The position numbers and the translations under genes are program-made. The notes under the pieces are model-generated. The model did not search any database, was not told the DNA's origin, and worked only from the letters and a program-made list of their open reading frames with translations. 44,259 bases of DNA, from NCBI GenBank assembly GCA_003566815.1, contig PXBT01000214.1, positions 1 to 44,259 of the forward strand, given 5' to 3'. The DNA is from Caldisericota bacterium. Its GTDB lineage: Bacteria; Caldisericota; Caldisericia; UBA6126. How positions within the stretch are numbered: the first letter of the stretch is position 1; every line of letters begins with the position of its first letter. Shown piece by piece: positions 7,375 through 16,189 of the stretch.

Positions 7375-10300
7375 TTATGGAACTTGCAGTTGCAGATTGG
7401 CATGAAATTGCATAGAAGTAGTTAGGTAAGGATTATAAATTATCACATAGAAAGGATAGACATCCTGGTAGGGAATTTCTATCAAATTTTCAAAAGTAGG
7501 ATCAATTTTGATCAATTTTCCTGAGTCAATCTCTTTTCCTTTTTGCAATTTTTCCCACTGAGTTTCATTTACGATCCATGCTTTTAATGAGACTGGAGAG
7601 ATTTCCCAATGCTCCAAATAACCTAATACAGTAAAATAGCCATCAATCCAGGGTAAATGAATTTGTTCTGTATGTATTGTTTCGAAAGAAAAATTAACTT
7701 TCATAGTATCTCTATAGTTAAGCTCAAGAGCTTCTTTTTGGGCATTCCATTCAATTTTTAAGTCAAATATTTCACCCATCGCACGAATTGATATGTAAAT
7801 AAAATTATCTATCTTTAAGATCAATGGGTGATCAAATAAAAACTCTTTACCTCTTGTAAGCACCTTATTGTTGACAAAATCAAGTTCCCAAAATCTTTCA
7901 TTCTTCTTTAATCTAATGAAATCATTGGAGATAAATTCGATACTTGAGTCCACAAATTCAGCAAATATATCCAACTTTATGTAACCTCTGTTTGTAGCGG
8001 GGTCTATAATTGCTTCTTCTCCAGGAAAGCTGCCAAAATGAAGCGTTTTAGTTCGAATATCTCTTTCGTTTTGTATTAAAGAGAGTGAAGGTTGAACGGT
8101 GGAAAATGCATTACTTCTCGAGCCCGGCACCTGAACATGAATCTCATCCTCATAAACCTGTTCTTTTGATAGCAAGAAACTATGTACAGAGCCTATGCGG
8201 GAAACCACCTGCAGTGTAAAGTTTTGCGAACCAACTTGCTTGATTACAGCCTTCCCATTTCCATCAGTATATCCTATGGCAGAAATAAAAGGAAGCTTCT
8301 GGTATCCCGCCTCCATAGGCCAATGACTCCAAAGCTCTATTCTTGCCCCATCAAGAGGTTTGTTTTGTTGATCTGTTACAAGAAAGCTATAATCGTTTAA
8401 TTTCTCAGGAGGATTATAAGGAAGATGAGATCTTCTTACATGATCATATTTGCCATTTCCTTCCCATGCCATTGGCCATGAAAAAACTCTCGCTCCCCAA
8501 TTACGATAATAAACTAAAGAATCACCAATATAATCCTGCCAACTTTGATTTTCTCCTGCTTCTCCTGATGAAGCGTCTGCATGGTGCCATCCATCAGCCC
8601 AAAAATTATTAAATTGATGATCTTCTCCCAAAGCCACAATGATAATTGTTGGAATATTCATTGCTCGGGCAGCAGCCTCAAAAATAATGGACCATTCACC
8701 ACACCAGATCCCCGCATCTTCATTCAAAAGATTATGGTATATGTTGTACCATCCACGAGGTTTTTCTCCCATTTGCCACACTCCGCCAATATCTACCTTG
8801 AACCAGTAAAGTACCTTCCAGGCTGCTTCATAAAGAGTATCGGCATCACTTACTCTGGAAAAAAGTGATTTTCCATAGGTTTCATCTTTTGGCAAATAAG
8901 TGCGATAAAAATTTTTATCATATAAGGTTTCATAAGCTGTTGGAACCATTAAGTAGCGATTTAGCATCACCAGATAAGGATAATATATTTCTAAAGGCAT
9001 AATTTTCCATCCATCCTCTGTTGCATATTTTAGTGTATTGCCTTCATCGCTCAAAACCATTTCAACATATTTAACAGAAGCTGCCATCTGATGAATCCCC
9101 GTAGCGTTTTCAATCAAAATATCCAATAAATCGAGGCGAAGATAGGAAATAAGATCCTCTGTTTGAAAATGAGCAATGCAATAGATAACTTCATGGCTTA
9201 TCAAAGGATTGAGATTTGAGATAAATTGTGCACATTTTTTCAATAAACCTTCGTGATATCCTTTGGCATACAACAAATTTCCATCCCTGTGATAGCCAGA
9301 GCCACCAAAGAAATTGTTCAAAGGATTATTGGAAGCATCTGATTTCATTCGATGCCAATGAGGCTGGTCTTCAGTTCCATGATTAAGCAGATACATAAGA
9401 GGGTCTGAAGAGTTTGAATAAATTAGATCTGTTCTTCCGTTGGTGTTAAGATCTAAAAAAGCAATATTTGATAACCCCTGACCCAATTTTTTTCCCCATA
9501 GCTGAAAAGATGTGAACAGGGGAGGGCATCCTTTCATACGATAGGTCGACAAATCGCCTTTCTTTCCACTTAAAAACAATATAGCTTCTCCATTGGGCAA
9601 CAAATGTACTGCAGGCTGCGCAAAACCCTCCGCAAACACCCCTTTTCCAACCAGAGTGTCTCCCCATTGCTCTTCCCAATAAGGGAAAAAATCATCCTCA
9701 AGTATCCATGTATTAGATTCATAGCGCAATAACAAAAGAGTTCCATCTTCTTTTCCTAAAATAAGACAGGGCTGTTGGTTCCACCAAAAACCTGTAATGC
9801 GCCAATGATCCCCTTCAGACTCTGAAGAAAATATGATCGAAGGCTCAGAAAAAGAAAGTGACTCCTCATTTGATAAATTTTTCTTTCTAAAAATAGTATT
9901 GCCCGCAACATAAAAAATATCTGCAAAACCATCCTGGCTCATATCCAAAAGACAGGCAGAAAAAATAGTTTCATCCCTTTCCGCAAGTTTTATTTCATGC
10001 TCCATTCTTAAATCATGAGCTCCAGGGATTTTTTGATTAAAAAAAAATTGTAGCCATTTTTGCTCACTTAGAACTATTAAATCCTTTCTCCCGTTTCCAT
10101 TTAAGTCTCCTGTGGATATGGATGCATTAGGGCCACCTTTTATAGGGCGTTTGTTGATGGCATAAAACTGTTTTTTCAGCTCTGATTGCAACCAAACAGG
10201 GGCATCATAAATTGCATCCAAAGCTATAGCAGGCAATGTTATCTTGTTTTCTGAAAGGTAATTAATGTCGCCATTTGAAGAAATCTCCCATGCTTGATAT

Positions 10301-10428
10301 TCTCCAGGATGTAAACGATAAGCAGAAAGCTCATCCGTTTTTCCCTCCAAGGGAAGAGAGAGAGAAACTATGGATAAAAACAAGATAAAAAACAAAACAA
10401 AACATAACACTTTTTTAAATTTTTTCAT
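7375..10428 (-). CDS. Large secreted protein: signal peptide, FG-GAP/VCBS-like repeats, transglutaminase-like cysteine protease core, CarboxypepD_reg-like domain
   Basis: MKKFKKVLCFVLFFILFLSIVSLS signal peptide, with the start re-set to ATG 10428 (GAGG SD). FG-GAP-like DLNGNGRKDLIV, DMSQDGFADIFYV, LDLNTNGRTDLIY. Transglutaminase triad context: GIWCGEWSIIFEAAARAMNIPT...DHQFNNFWADGWHHADAS. TDGNGKAVI-type beta-sandwich. Confidence 0.75.
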   Translation of the reverse strand: MKKFKKVLCFVLFFILFLSIVSLSLPLEGKTDELSAYRLHPGEYQAWEISSNGDINYLSENKITLPAIALDAIYDAPVWLQSELKKQFYAINKRPIKGGPNASISTGDLNGNGRKDLIVLSEQKWLQFFFNQKIPGAHDLRMEHEIKLAERDETIFSACLLDMSQDGFADIFYVAGNTIFRKKNLSNEESLSFSEPSIIFSSESEGDHWRITGFWWNQQPCLILGKEDGTLLLLRYESNTWILEDDFFPYWEEQWGDTLVGKGVFAEGFAQPAVHLLPNGEAILFLSGKKGDLSTYRMKGCPPLFTSFQLWGKKLGQGLSNIAFLDLNTNGRTDLIYSNSSDPLMYLLNHGTEDQPHWHRMKSDASNNPLNNFFGGSGYHRDGNLLYAKGYHEGLLKKCAQFISNLNPLISHEVIYCIAHFQTEDLISYLRLDLLDILIENATGIHQMAASVKYVEMVLSDEGNTLKYATEDGWKIMPLEIYYPYLVMLNRYLMVPTAYETLYDKNFYRTYLPKDETYGKSLFSRVSDADTLYEAAWKVLYWFKVDIGGVWQMGEKPRGWYNIYHNLLNEDAGIWCGEWSIIFEAAARAMNIPTIIIVALGEDHQFNNFWADGWHHADASSGEAGENQSWQDYIGDSLVYYRNWGARVFSWPMAWEGNGKYDHVRRSHLPYNPPEKLNDYSFLVTDQQNKPLDGARIELWSHWPMEAGYQKLPFISAIGYTDGNGKAVIKQVGSQNFTLQVVSRIGSVHSFLLSKEQVYEDEIHVQVPGSRSNAFSTVQPSLSLIQNERDIRTKTLHFGSFPGEEAIIDPATNRGYIKLDIFAEFVDSSIEFISNDFIRLKKNERFWELDFVNNKVLTRGKEFLFDHPLILKIDNFIYISIRAMGEIFDLKIEWNAQKEALELNYRDTMKVNFSFETIHTEQIHLPWIDGYFTVLGYLEHWEISPVSLKAWIVNETQWEKLQKGKEIDSGKLIKIDPTFENLIEIPYQDVYPFYVIIYNPYLTTSMQFHANLQLQVP

Positions 10429-10448
10429 GATCAACCTCTTTTCAAAAA

Positions 10449-12629
10449 TCAAGGATGCAGGGATATTTTAACAGAATCGTGGATTTGATGTCTCGCATAG
10501 GATGCAACCATGTCAACAGAGAAGGTGGTGGGCTTATCCACAGGAGCATTATAAGTACCCTGAATTTGAAAAGACAATACTTTTCGGTAGGGGATACCTG
10601 GGAGCGAGACATTGGTTTGTTCATTTTCAGGCTTAAAAGAATAAAAAGGCAAAATATGATTGATTTCGAAAAATTCAGGATGCTGAACATTGAATGCAAT
10701 ATTCTCAATAGGAACATTTCCAATATTAAGAAGACAAACCCTTATGAAAATCTGTTCAGAGGATGAATAAGAAGATTTAAGAGAATATCCAGCAAGACTT
10801 AACTGTATTTGCCGGGAAACAGTTTTAAACATCCACATTGGTGAAGATTTTGTAATCCCTGATGGATGACTTAATTGCACCCTCCAATAATACCTCTTTT
10901 CATGTTCAAGCAAAAAAGGTAGTTTAAAATGTGAACGATGCAAAGAGTCGCTTTGATAAATTTTCTGGTGATTGTAATCATAAAGAGACAATTGATACGA
11001 TCCTCCAATATTTTCAAAATTCCATAAAAACACTGGATCAATCTCGGTTTTCATTGAATCTTTTTCAGGTTGAGCAAGAGTTGGCGCTTTAAACACTGGC
11101 ACCACCGATAATCGGGTAAAAAATCCACATTGCGCGGATCCTGTTTTCTTCTTCGCATTTTGAGTTAAAGGAAAGTCTTTGGATAAGGTATTTCCAACAA
11201 TCAAAATATCATAATTTATGCCCACCTTCAAAGAGCGAATTTCATCAAAAGAGGAACCCCCAAGATAAGTTGCAAACATAAAATCTTCAACAACATTGTC
11301 CATGCGGATTATAAAACCATCTCCCCGGCCCTTGTTTACATTTTGAATCATGCCTTCTTTTGAAATTAGATTGCTGGAATAGGTTAACCCGCCCAAAAGC
11401 AAAGACCCATCTTTTTTGAAAGCCATCGTTCTTAGAAAATCTTTATCGTTGCCAGATATCAACAAACTCTTTTCAATCACCCTCTTTTCAATGCTCCATT
11501 GAAGTAAAAAAATTCCTGGATAATGACTTGAAGGTGATTCAATTCTAAGTTGCGCTGGAAAATCTTCAGAAAAAGCATTGCCTCCAACCCAAAGATTGTT
11601 TTGACTATCCAGTGCCAAACTCACTACATCATCTTTACCGGAGCCTCCAGCAAAAAAACAGGGAACAATTTCATAAGCATTTGGTAATATTTTTATCACA
11701 AATATTGCACTTGAGCCGAAATCTTGAGCTCCCCCAAGTCTTCTCAAATGTGGAAAATTTGCAGAAAAAGTATTTCCTGCGATAAAAATAAGTTTATTTT
11801 CTTTGCAATACACCATAGCCTGGGCTAAATCTTTATTTGAGCCGCCAATATAGGTGGAATGAAGAAGATGTGTGCCATTGGGATTGATTTTTGCAAAAAA
11901 GATATCTTTTTCAGCATTTAATAAACGCTGAAATGCGCCCCTTGTAACAGGAAAATCAGAAGAATTTGTTGCTCCAGTAATATAGGCGTTTCCTCCTGGA
12001 TCTACCGCCAAAGCCGAAGGAACATCTTCCATTGAGCCTCCTATATAGGTGGAATAAATGAAAGCAGAGCCTGTTGCTTCAAGCTTCATCAAAAATCCAT
12101 CTTTCCGGCCTTTTAAAGTAGATTGAAGAGCATTGCGACTTACAGGAAAATTATGGGATTGAGTATATCCAGTCAGATAAATGTGATCGCTTTCATCTAT
12201 AAAAATGGCAGTGGGTCGATCAATGTAATTGCCTCCAACAAGAGTGGAAAAAATTATTTCATGGTTTTGGCGGTTAAATTTTATCACAAAAACATTGCAC
12301 CATGTTGTGGCTGTAGCCCCCAAGCGATAAGTTGCAGGAAAATCTTTTGAATAAGTATAACCTGCGACAACAGGATTGCCTTTGCTGTCCATAGTCATGA
12401 TATGGACATGATCATGACTGCTTCCACCCAATAAAGATGAATAACGCAGATGACTGCTGAAAATAGTATCTTCATTATTTTCATGGCTGTGATCATGCAT
12501 TTCATTAATATGGCAAAAATTCATAACAATACCTTTTTGAAAACCTTGAAGCATAGACGGTACGAAAGCTGATGATGCCAACAGCCCTATGAAAATCATC
12601 ATCCCGGCAAATAGTTTAATAAAATTCAT
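10449..12629 (-). CDS. Secreted SBBP-type beta-propeller repeat protein with C-terminal Ig/Fn3-like region
   Basis: Signal peptide MNFIKLFAGMMIFIGLLASSA, with GGAGG SD 7 nt upstream. At least six repeats carry the G-x-T-x-S-x-(D/N)FP signature: YTYSKDFPAT, GYTQSHNFPVS, GATNSSDFPVT, GNTFSANFP, GNAFSEDFPA, GNTLSKDFPLT. Confidence 0.75.
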   Translation of the reverse strand: MNFIKLFAGMMIFIGLLASSAFVPSMLQGFQKGIVMNFCHINEMHDHSHENNEDTIFSSHLRYSSLLGGSSHDHVHIMTMDSKGNPVVAGYTYSKDFPATYRLGATATTWCNVFVIKFNRQNHEIIFSTLVGGNYIDRPTAIFIDESDHIYLTGYTQSHNFPVSRNALQSTLKGRKDGFLMKLEATGSAFIYSTYIGGSMEDVPSALAVDPGGNAYITGATNSSDFPVTRGAFQRLLNAEKDIFFAKINPNGTHLLHSTYIGGSNKDLAQAMVYCKENKLIFIAGNTFSANFPHLRRLGGAQDFGSSAIFVIKILPNAYEIVPCFFAGGSGKDDVVSLALDSQNNLWVGGNAFSEDFPAQLRIESPSSHYPGIFLLQWSIEKRVIEKSLLISGNDKDFLRTMAFKKDGSLLLGGLTYSSNLISKEGMIQNVNKGRGDGFIIRMDNVVEDFMFATYLGGSSFDEIRSLKVGINYDILIVGNTLSKDFPLTQNAKKKTGSAQCGFFTRLSVVPVFKAPTLAQPEKDSMKTEIDPVFLWNFENIGGSYQLSLYDYNHQKIYQSDSLHRSHFKLPFLLEHEKRYYWRVQLSHPSGITKSSPMWMFKTVSRQIQLSLAGYSLKSSYSSSEQIFIRVCLLNIGNVPIENIAFNVQHPEFFEINHILPFYSFKPENEQTNVSLPGIPYRKVLSFQIQGTYNAPVDKPTTFSVDMVASYARHQIHDSVKISLHP

Positions 12630-12754
12630 ATCATTCCTCCGGGGAGCCTAAAAACAATAGATATACCCTTATTAATTTTAGCACATGGAGTGAAAAATGA
12701 TAGCATTTTTGGGCATAATTATGGTGAAAAAAAATAATCACAGGAGGTAAAATA

Positions 12755-13219
12755 ATGAATATGAGAAATAGATTAAGTATTCAAAAGCCTTCTAATAGAA
12801 TAACATCAGTTAGAAGGCCTTATTCACTGTTCAGTCAAATTATGGATGATTTTTTTGATGAAATGGTTTTTCCAGAAGTTCCTCAAGAGGGGATTATGGC
12901 AGCCCCTAAAATTGACTTGATCGATAAAGAAAATCATTTTGTGCTTCAAGCGGAAATCCCTGGCATCGATAAAAAAGACATTGAAATCGAATTACTTGAA
13001 GACAGTATCACCATAAAAGGTGAAAAGAGGCTCAATAATGAGCAAAAAGAAGGAAAATATTACTACAGAGAAAGCTCTTATGGAAAATTTATGCGACAAA
13101 TTCCTTTTCCTGAAAAAGTTAATACCGAACAAGCTAAAGCATGCTATGAAAATGGATTGTTGAAAATCGAACTCCCCAAGTCAGAAATATCAAAAGCACG
13201 AAAATTGGAACTCAAATAG
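12755..13219 (+). CDS. Hsp20/alpha-crystallin family small heat-shock protein
   Basis: AGGAGG SD. Alpha-crystallin domain DLIDKENHFVLQAEIPGIDKKDIEIELLEDSITIKGEKR...GKFMRQIPFPEKV...YENGLLKIELPK. Confidence 0.9.
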   Translation: MNMRNRLSIQKPSNRITSVRRPYSLFSQIMDDFFDEMVFPEVPQEGIMAAPKIDLIDKENHFVLQAEIPGIDKKDIEIELLEDSITIKGEKRLNNEQKEGKYYYRESSYGKFMRQIPFPEKVNTEQAKACYENGLLKIELPKSEISKARKLELK

Positions 13220-13241
13220 TTCATCAAAGTATTACCACTTT

Positions 13242-13281
13242 AAAAAAAAAGAGGGATGAGCGCTCATCCCTCTTTTTTTTT
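13242..13281. terminator. Bidirectional intrinsic terminator between convergent hsp20 and pckA
   Basis: Perfect 24-nt palindrome AGAGGGATGAGC/GCTCATCCCTCT (13250-13273), flanked by A9 on the left and T9 on the right. The T-run overlaps the pckA stop codon. Confidence 0.85.
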
Positions 13282-14929
13282 AAAGTAACTTCCATAAAGC
13301 TGTCATTTCTTTTTCAGCCTCCCGGGGAAGCTGATCAAACCCACCTTTAAAATCTTTTCGCCCCTGAATAAAACTTATCCGGTCATGGATGCGATCCTTT
13401 AACTGGGTTACATAACATGTATCCGTCATATCAGGCATAAATCCATCAATTTCCATAATGAATAGATTATCAAATGGCTTCCATGGAATAAATGATGCAT
13501 GTCCATCCACTATCTTTTCAATGATGGATAATGTTAATTCTTTGGGAATTTTTTTGCCCATAAAAGCACCTGTATTTAAAATATAGGCTTCGACATTTCT
13601 TTCTATAAACAATTTCTTGAATTTTTCATAATCATGAGCCAAAGGATAAGTTCGGAAAGGATTTGCATAAGGCTCAATCACCAAAGCATCCGGATCAATA
13701 CCTGGCGCCAGTCGTTCAGCTGTCGTTCTTTTGGTGGCCAAAGTGGCCCCAAAAGCAGATGCAAGGTCAGCTCCATTGATTTTGACCACAGGTGGCAGTG
13801 TAGAATCTTTCATGAGCCAAACCATAGCACTGACAGGGTCATCAAATTTATCAACTCGGTGAGGTGACCAAAGTTTTGATTTGATTGCTCTTCCATTCCC
13901 ATTGCGAAGATCTTCCGTAACCAAAACAATTTTATCTTCCTCGTCCATCATAGCACCACAATTTTGAACCGTCAACAAAAACTGGTTGTCAGGTGAATTG
14001 CTGGGATAATCTGAGGTTTTATCAAAATATGAAGGCTCCATAGCCACAGAAGATGCATTTTCAGTCGACACCACAATAGCATCATCATGCAAAACAGTTA
14101 TATTATATTTTCCTTCATGACGAGCATGAGTAAGAGTTGATTTTCCTGAACCTGAAAGCCCAAAAACGCCCAAAACAAAAACTGACCCATCTGATCTTAC
14201 ATATCTTTTCTGCCCTCCATGACAGGAAGCAAAACCATTTCTATTAGCTATCCCCCAGGCTAAAGTAAGCGTACCCTTTTTAAATTCACCAAAAAAACTC
14301 ATACCGAGAATGGCAGCACAATTGTGAGTCGGATCAAAAAAAGTCAGCCCAAGAGGGAATCGATCATCTCTCCAGTCTGGATCAGAAAAAACAAAAATAT
14401 CAGGCTCTTGAAATTGCTTTGACATAGCATACATGGTATTGTATTCCTGATTCAAATGCTGAAAATTAAGCATCCAGCTATACATGATATTCTCATGACC
14501 TTCCGGAATCAATAAATGATTTTTAACCATAAAATCGGGATGCAGACCTGTATAGGATTCCACATGGTACATTTTTTTATGCCTACTCTTATATACCGCA
14601 TCTCGTAAAATTGCATTGAATTCATCCAGTTTAACTTCAGGCTCTCCTACAATCCTTCTTGCAGCCACACATCTTCCTGTTACTTCTCCATTATTAAAAA
14701 GCAAAATTTTTGCCTCAGGCTCCAATCCTAATTTTTCAGGGCAAAAAACGGATAAATCAGTAATCACCGTTCCAGGTGATTGGCAAGCCAATTGATAAGC
14801 CTGGGTCAACGAAGTAATTTTCGTGACATTATTGCCATAAAATGCTGTTTCGATAGTTGCCTTGGAAGAAGATAACAGTGAATTGTCCGGACAGATTTGT
14901 GATTTATTCAATGCTCCTATTGTAGCCAT
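13280..14929 (-). CDS. pckA: Phosphoenolpyruvate carboxykinase (ATP)
   Basis: Kinase-1a loop GVFGLSGSGKSTLTH, FFGEFKKG, and a length (549 aa) typical of ATP-dependent PEPCK. Confidence 0.85.
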   Translation of the reverse strand: MATIGALNKSQICPDNSLLSSSKATIETAFYGNNVTKITSLTQAYQLACQSPGTVITDLSVFCPEKLGLEPEAKILLFNNGEVTGRCVAARRIVGEPEVKLDEFNAILRDAVYKSRHKKMYHVESYTGLHPDFMVKNHLLIPEGHENIMYSWMLNFQHLNQEYNTMYAMSKQFQEPDIFVFSDPDWRDDRFPLGLTFFDPTHNCAAILGMSFFGEFKKGTLTLAWGIANRNGFASCHGGQKRYVRSDGSVFVLGVFGLSGSGKSTLTHARHEGKYNITVLHDDAIVVSTENASSVAMEPSYFDKTSDYPSNSPDNQFLLTVQNCGAMMDEEDKIVLVTEDLRNGNGRAIKSKLWSPHRVDKFDDPVSAMVWLMKDSTLPPVVKINGADLASAFGATLATKRTTAERLAPGIDPDALVIEPYANPFRTYPLAHDYEKFKKLFIERNVEAYILNTGAFMGKKIPKELTLSIIEKIVDGHASFIPWKPFDNLFIMEIDGFMPDMTDTCYVTQLKDRIHDRISFIQGRKDFKGGFDQLPREAEKEMTALWKLL

Positions 14930-15023
14930 TCTTTCCCTCGCCCTTTTTTAATTAAACTTATAAAAACAATTCCTTATTATATGGAAAAAAAACTTTTTCG
15001 AATGATACTTTTAAAAGAAAAAT

Positions 15024-15051
15024 TTGACAAAAATTTTGGTACTTTTATACT
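15024..15051 (+). promoter_or_regulatory. Sigma-70-type promoter for tRNA-Asn (TTGACA-16 nt-TATACT)
   Basis: Consensus -35 TTGACA at 15024-15029 and -10 TATACT at 15046-15051, about 26 nt upstream of the tRNA 5' end. Confidence 0.55.
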
Positions 15052-15077
15052 CATCTAAGGTAAGTGTGCCAACTACA

Positions 15078-15153
15078 CTCCTCGATAGCTCAATGGTAGA
15101 GCGGCTGGCTGTTAACCAGTAGGTTGGGGGTTCGAGTCCCTCTCGGGGAGCCA
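15078..15153 (+). tRNA. tRNA-Asn (anticodon GTT), CCA encoded
   Basis: Hand-folded cloverleaf. Acceptor TCCTCGA/TCGGGGA, D-arm TAGCTCAATGGTAGAGC, anticodon stem GCTGG/CCAGT with loop CTGTTAA, T-arm GGGGG-TTCGAGT-CCCTC, 3' GCCA. Confidence 0.9.
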
Positions 15154-15194
15154 TTTCATTTGTGCTTTTACTTAATGCTTTTGGGAGGTTGCCC

Positions 15195-16184
15195 ATGGAA
15201 AAAATTAAAGCAAAAATGCCAAAAATCATTTCAACTGCTCTACTTGTTTTCACCTTAATGTTTCAACTATCCTGCTCTCCTCAGTCACAAAATGAACCTG
15301 AAGAAAAAGAAAATGTTTCATCGCCTCCTGTCCAAAATATTATTAATTTGGGCAACAGTCCTGGGAATATCGCCAATGGAGGCATCATGGCGCAAAAAGA
15401 TGGTTGGTGGTATATTAGCCAGACCAACTCTTCCAATGAGTTGGTTCGTATGCGCCCCGATGGATCTGACAGACAAGTCATAACCACAGACAAATGCTAT
15501 CATATCAACATTATCGGAGACTGGATATATTATCGCAATGGCTCTCACAACAACTATCTCTACCGTATTCGTACCGATGGCACAGAAAAAGAACAATTAA
15601 ATGAAGACTCAAGCTGGGATATTCTTGCCTCAGAGTACTGGATTTTTTATCGAAATAATAGCGATGAAGACCGCCTATACATGATAAAACCCGATGGATC
15701 AGGAAGAACAGCGCTAAGTTTTGACCGTGTCAACAACATTGTTCTTCGAGGCAATTGGGTTTATTACAGCAATGTTTCTGACAACTACTACATGATGCGC
15801 ATTCGACCTGATGGCAGTGAAAGAGAATATATCCTCGAAGAAATGTCTGCATATTACAATCTGCTTGAACCCTGGCTTTATTATAGCAATATGAGCGACA
15901 ACAACTCATTGTACCGCATCCATTTGGATACTTTTGAAAATGAAAAACTATTGGATCTACAGGTATGGGACTTGCATGTTGCCCCCGATGCTCTTTTTTT
16001 CAGCAACTGGGACAATGAGCAAAAGTTATTTCGAGCTGAACTGGATGGCTCAAACCCCAGACTACTCAACGACGAAGAGGCATGGAGCATTCATGTGCTG
16101 GACCAATGGATTTTTTTTAGAGATGGTTCCAATGAATGGTTCAGAATAAGTAAAGATGGGGATGATTTGGAACGATTGGACTAA
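15195..16184 (+). CDS. DUF5050-like beta-propeller lipoprotein
   Basis: Start re-set to ATG 15195 (GGGAGG SD). Lipobox in ALLVFTLMFQLSC. About seven repeats of the W(I/V)YY(R/S)N...LY(R/M)I(R/K)(T/P)DGS...L type. Confidence 0.75.
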   Translation: MEKIKAKMPKIISTALLVFTLMFQLSCSPQSQNEPEEKENVSSPPVQNIINLGNSPGNIANGGIMAQKDGWWYISQTNSSNELVRMRPDGSDRQVITTDKCYHINIIGDWIYYRNGSHNNYLYRIRTDGTEKEQLNEDSSWDILASEYWIFYRNNSDEDRLYMIKPDGSGRTALSFDRVNNIVLRGNWVYYSNVSDNYYMMRIRPDGSEREYILEEMSAYYNLLEPWLYYSNMSDNNSLYRIHLDTFENEKLLDLQVWDLHVAPDALFFSNWDNEQKLFRAELDGSNPRLLNDEEAWSIHVLDQWIFFRDGSNEWFRISKDGDDLERLD

Positions 16185-16189
16185 ATAAC

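Noticed and set aside
12678-12692. A CIRCE-like half-site, TTAGCACatgGAGTG, upstream of hsp20.
   Set aside because: CIRCE is TTAGCACTC-N9-GAGTGCTAA. Here the arms are 3 nt apart and the right arm lacks CTAA. No HrcA-type inverted repeat can be formed, so this is probably just part of a TTAGCA -35-like hexamer.
15011-15253. An 80-aa minus-strand ORF, plus the N-terminal extensions of track ORFs 24094 (glmU) and 28684 (HEAT-like).
   Set aside because: All of them run through tRNA genes (Asn, Gln, Val). SD-supported or otherwise sensible starts exist downstream, so the tRNA-overlapping parts are not coding.
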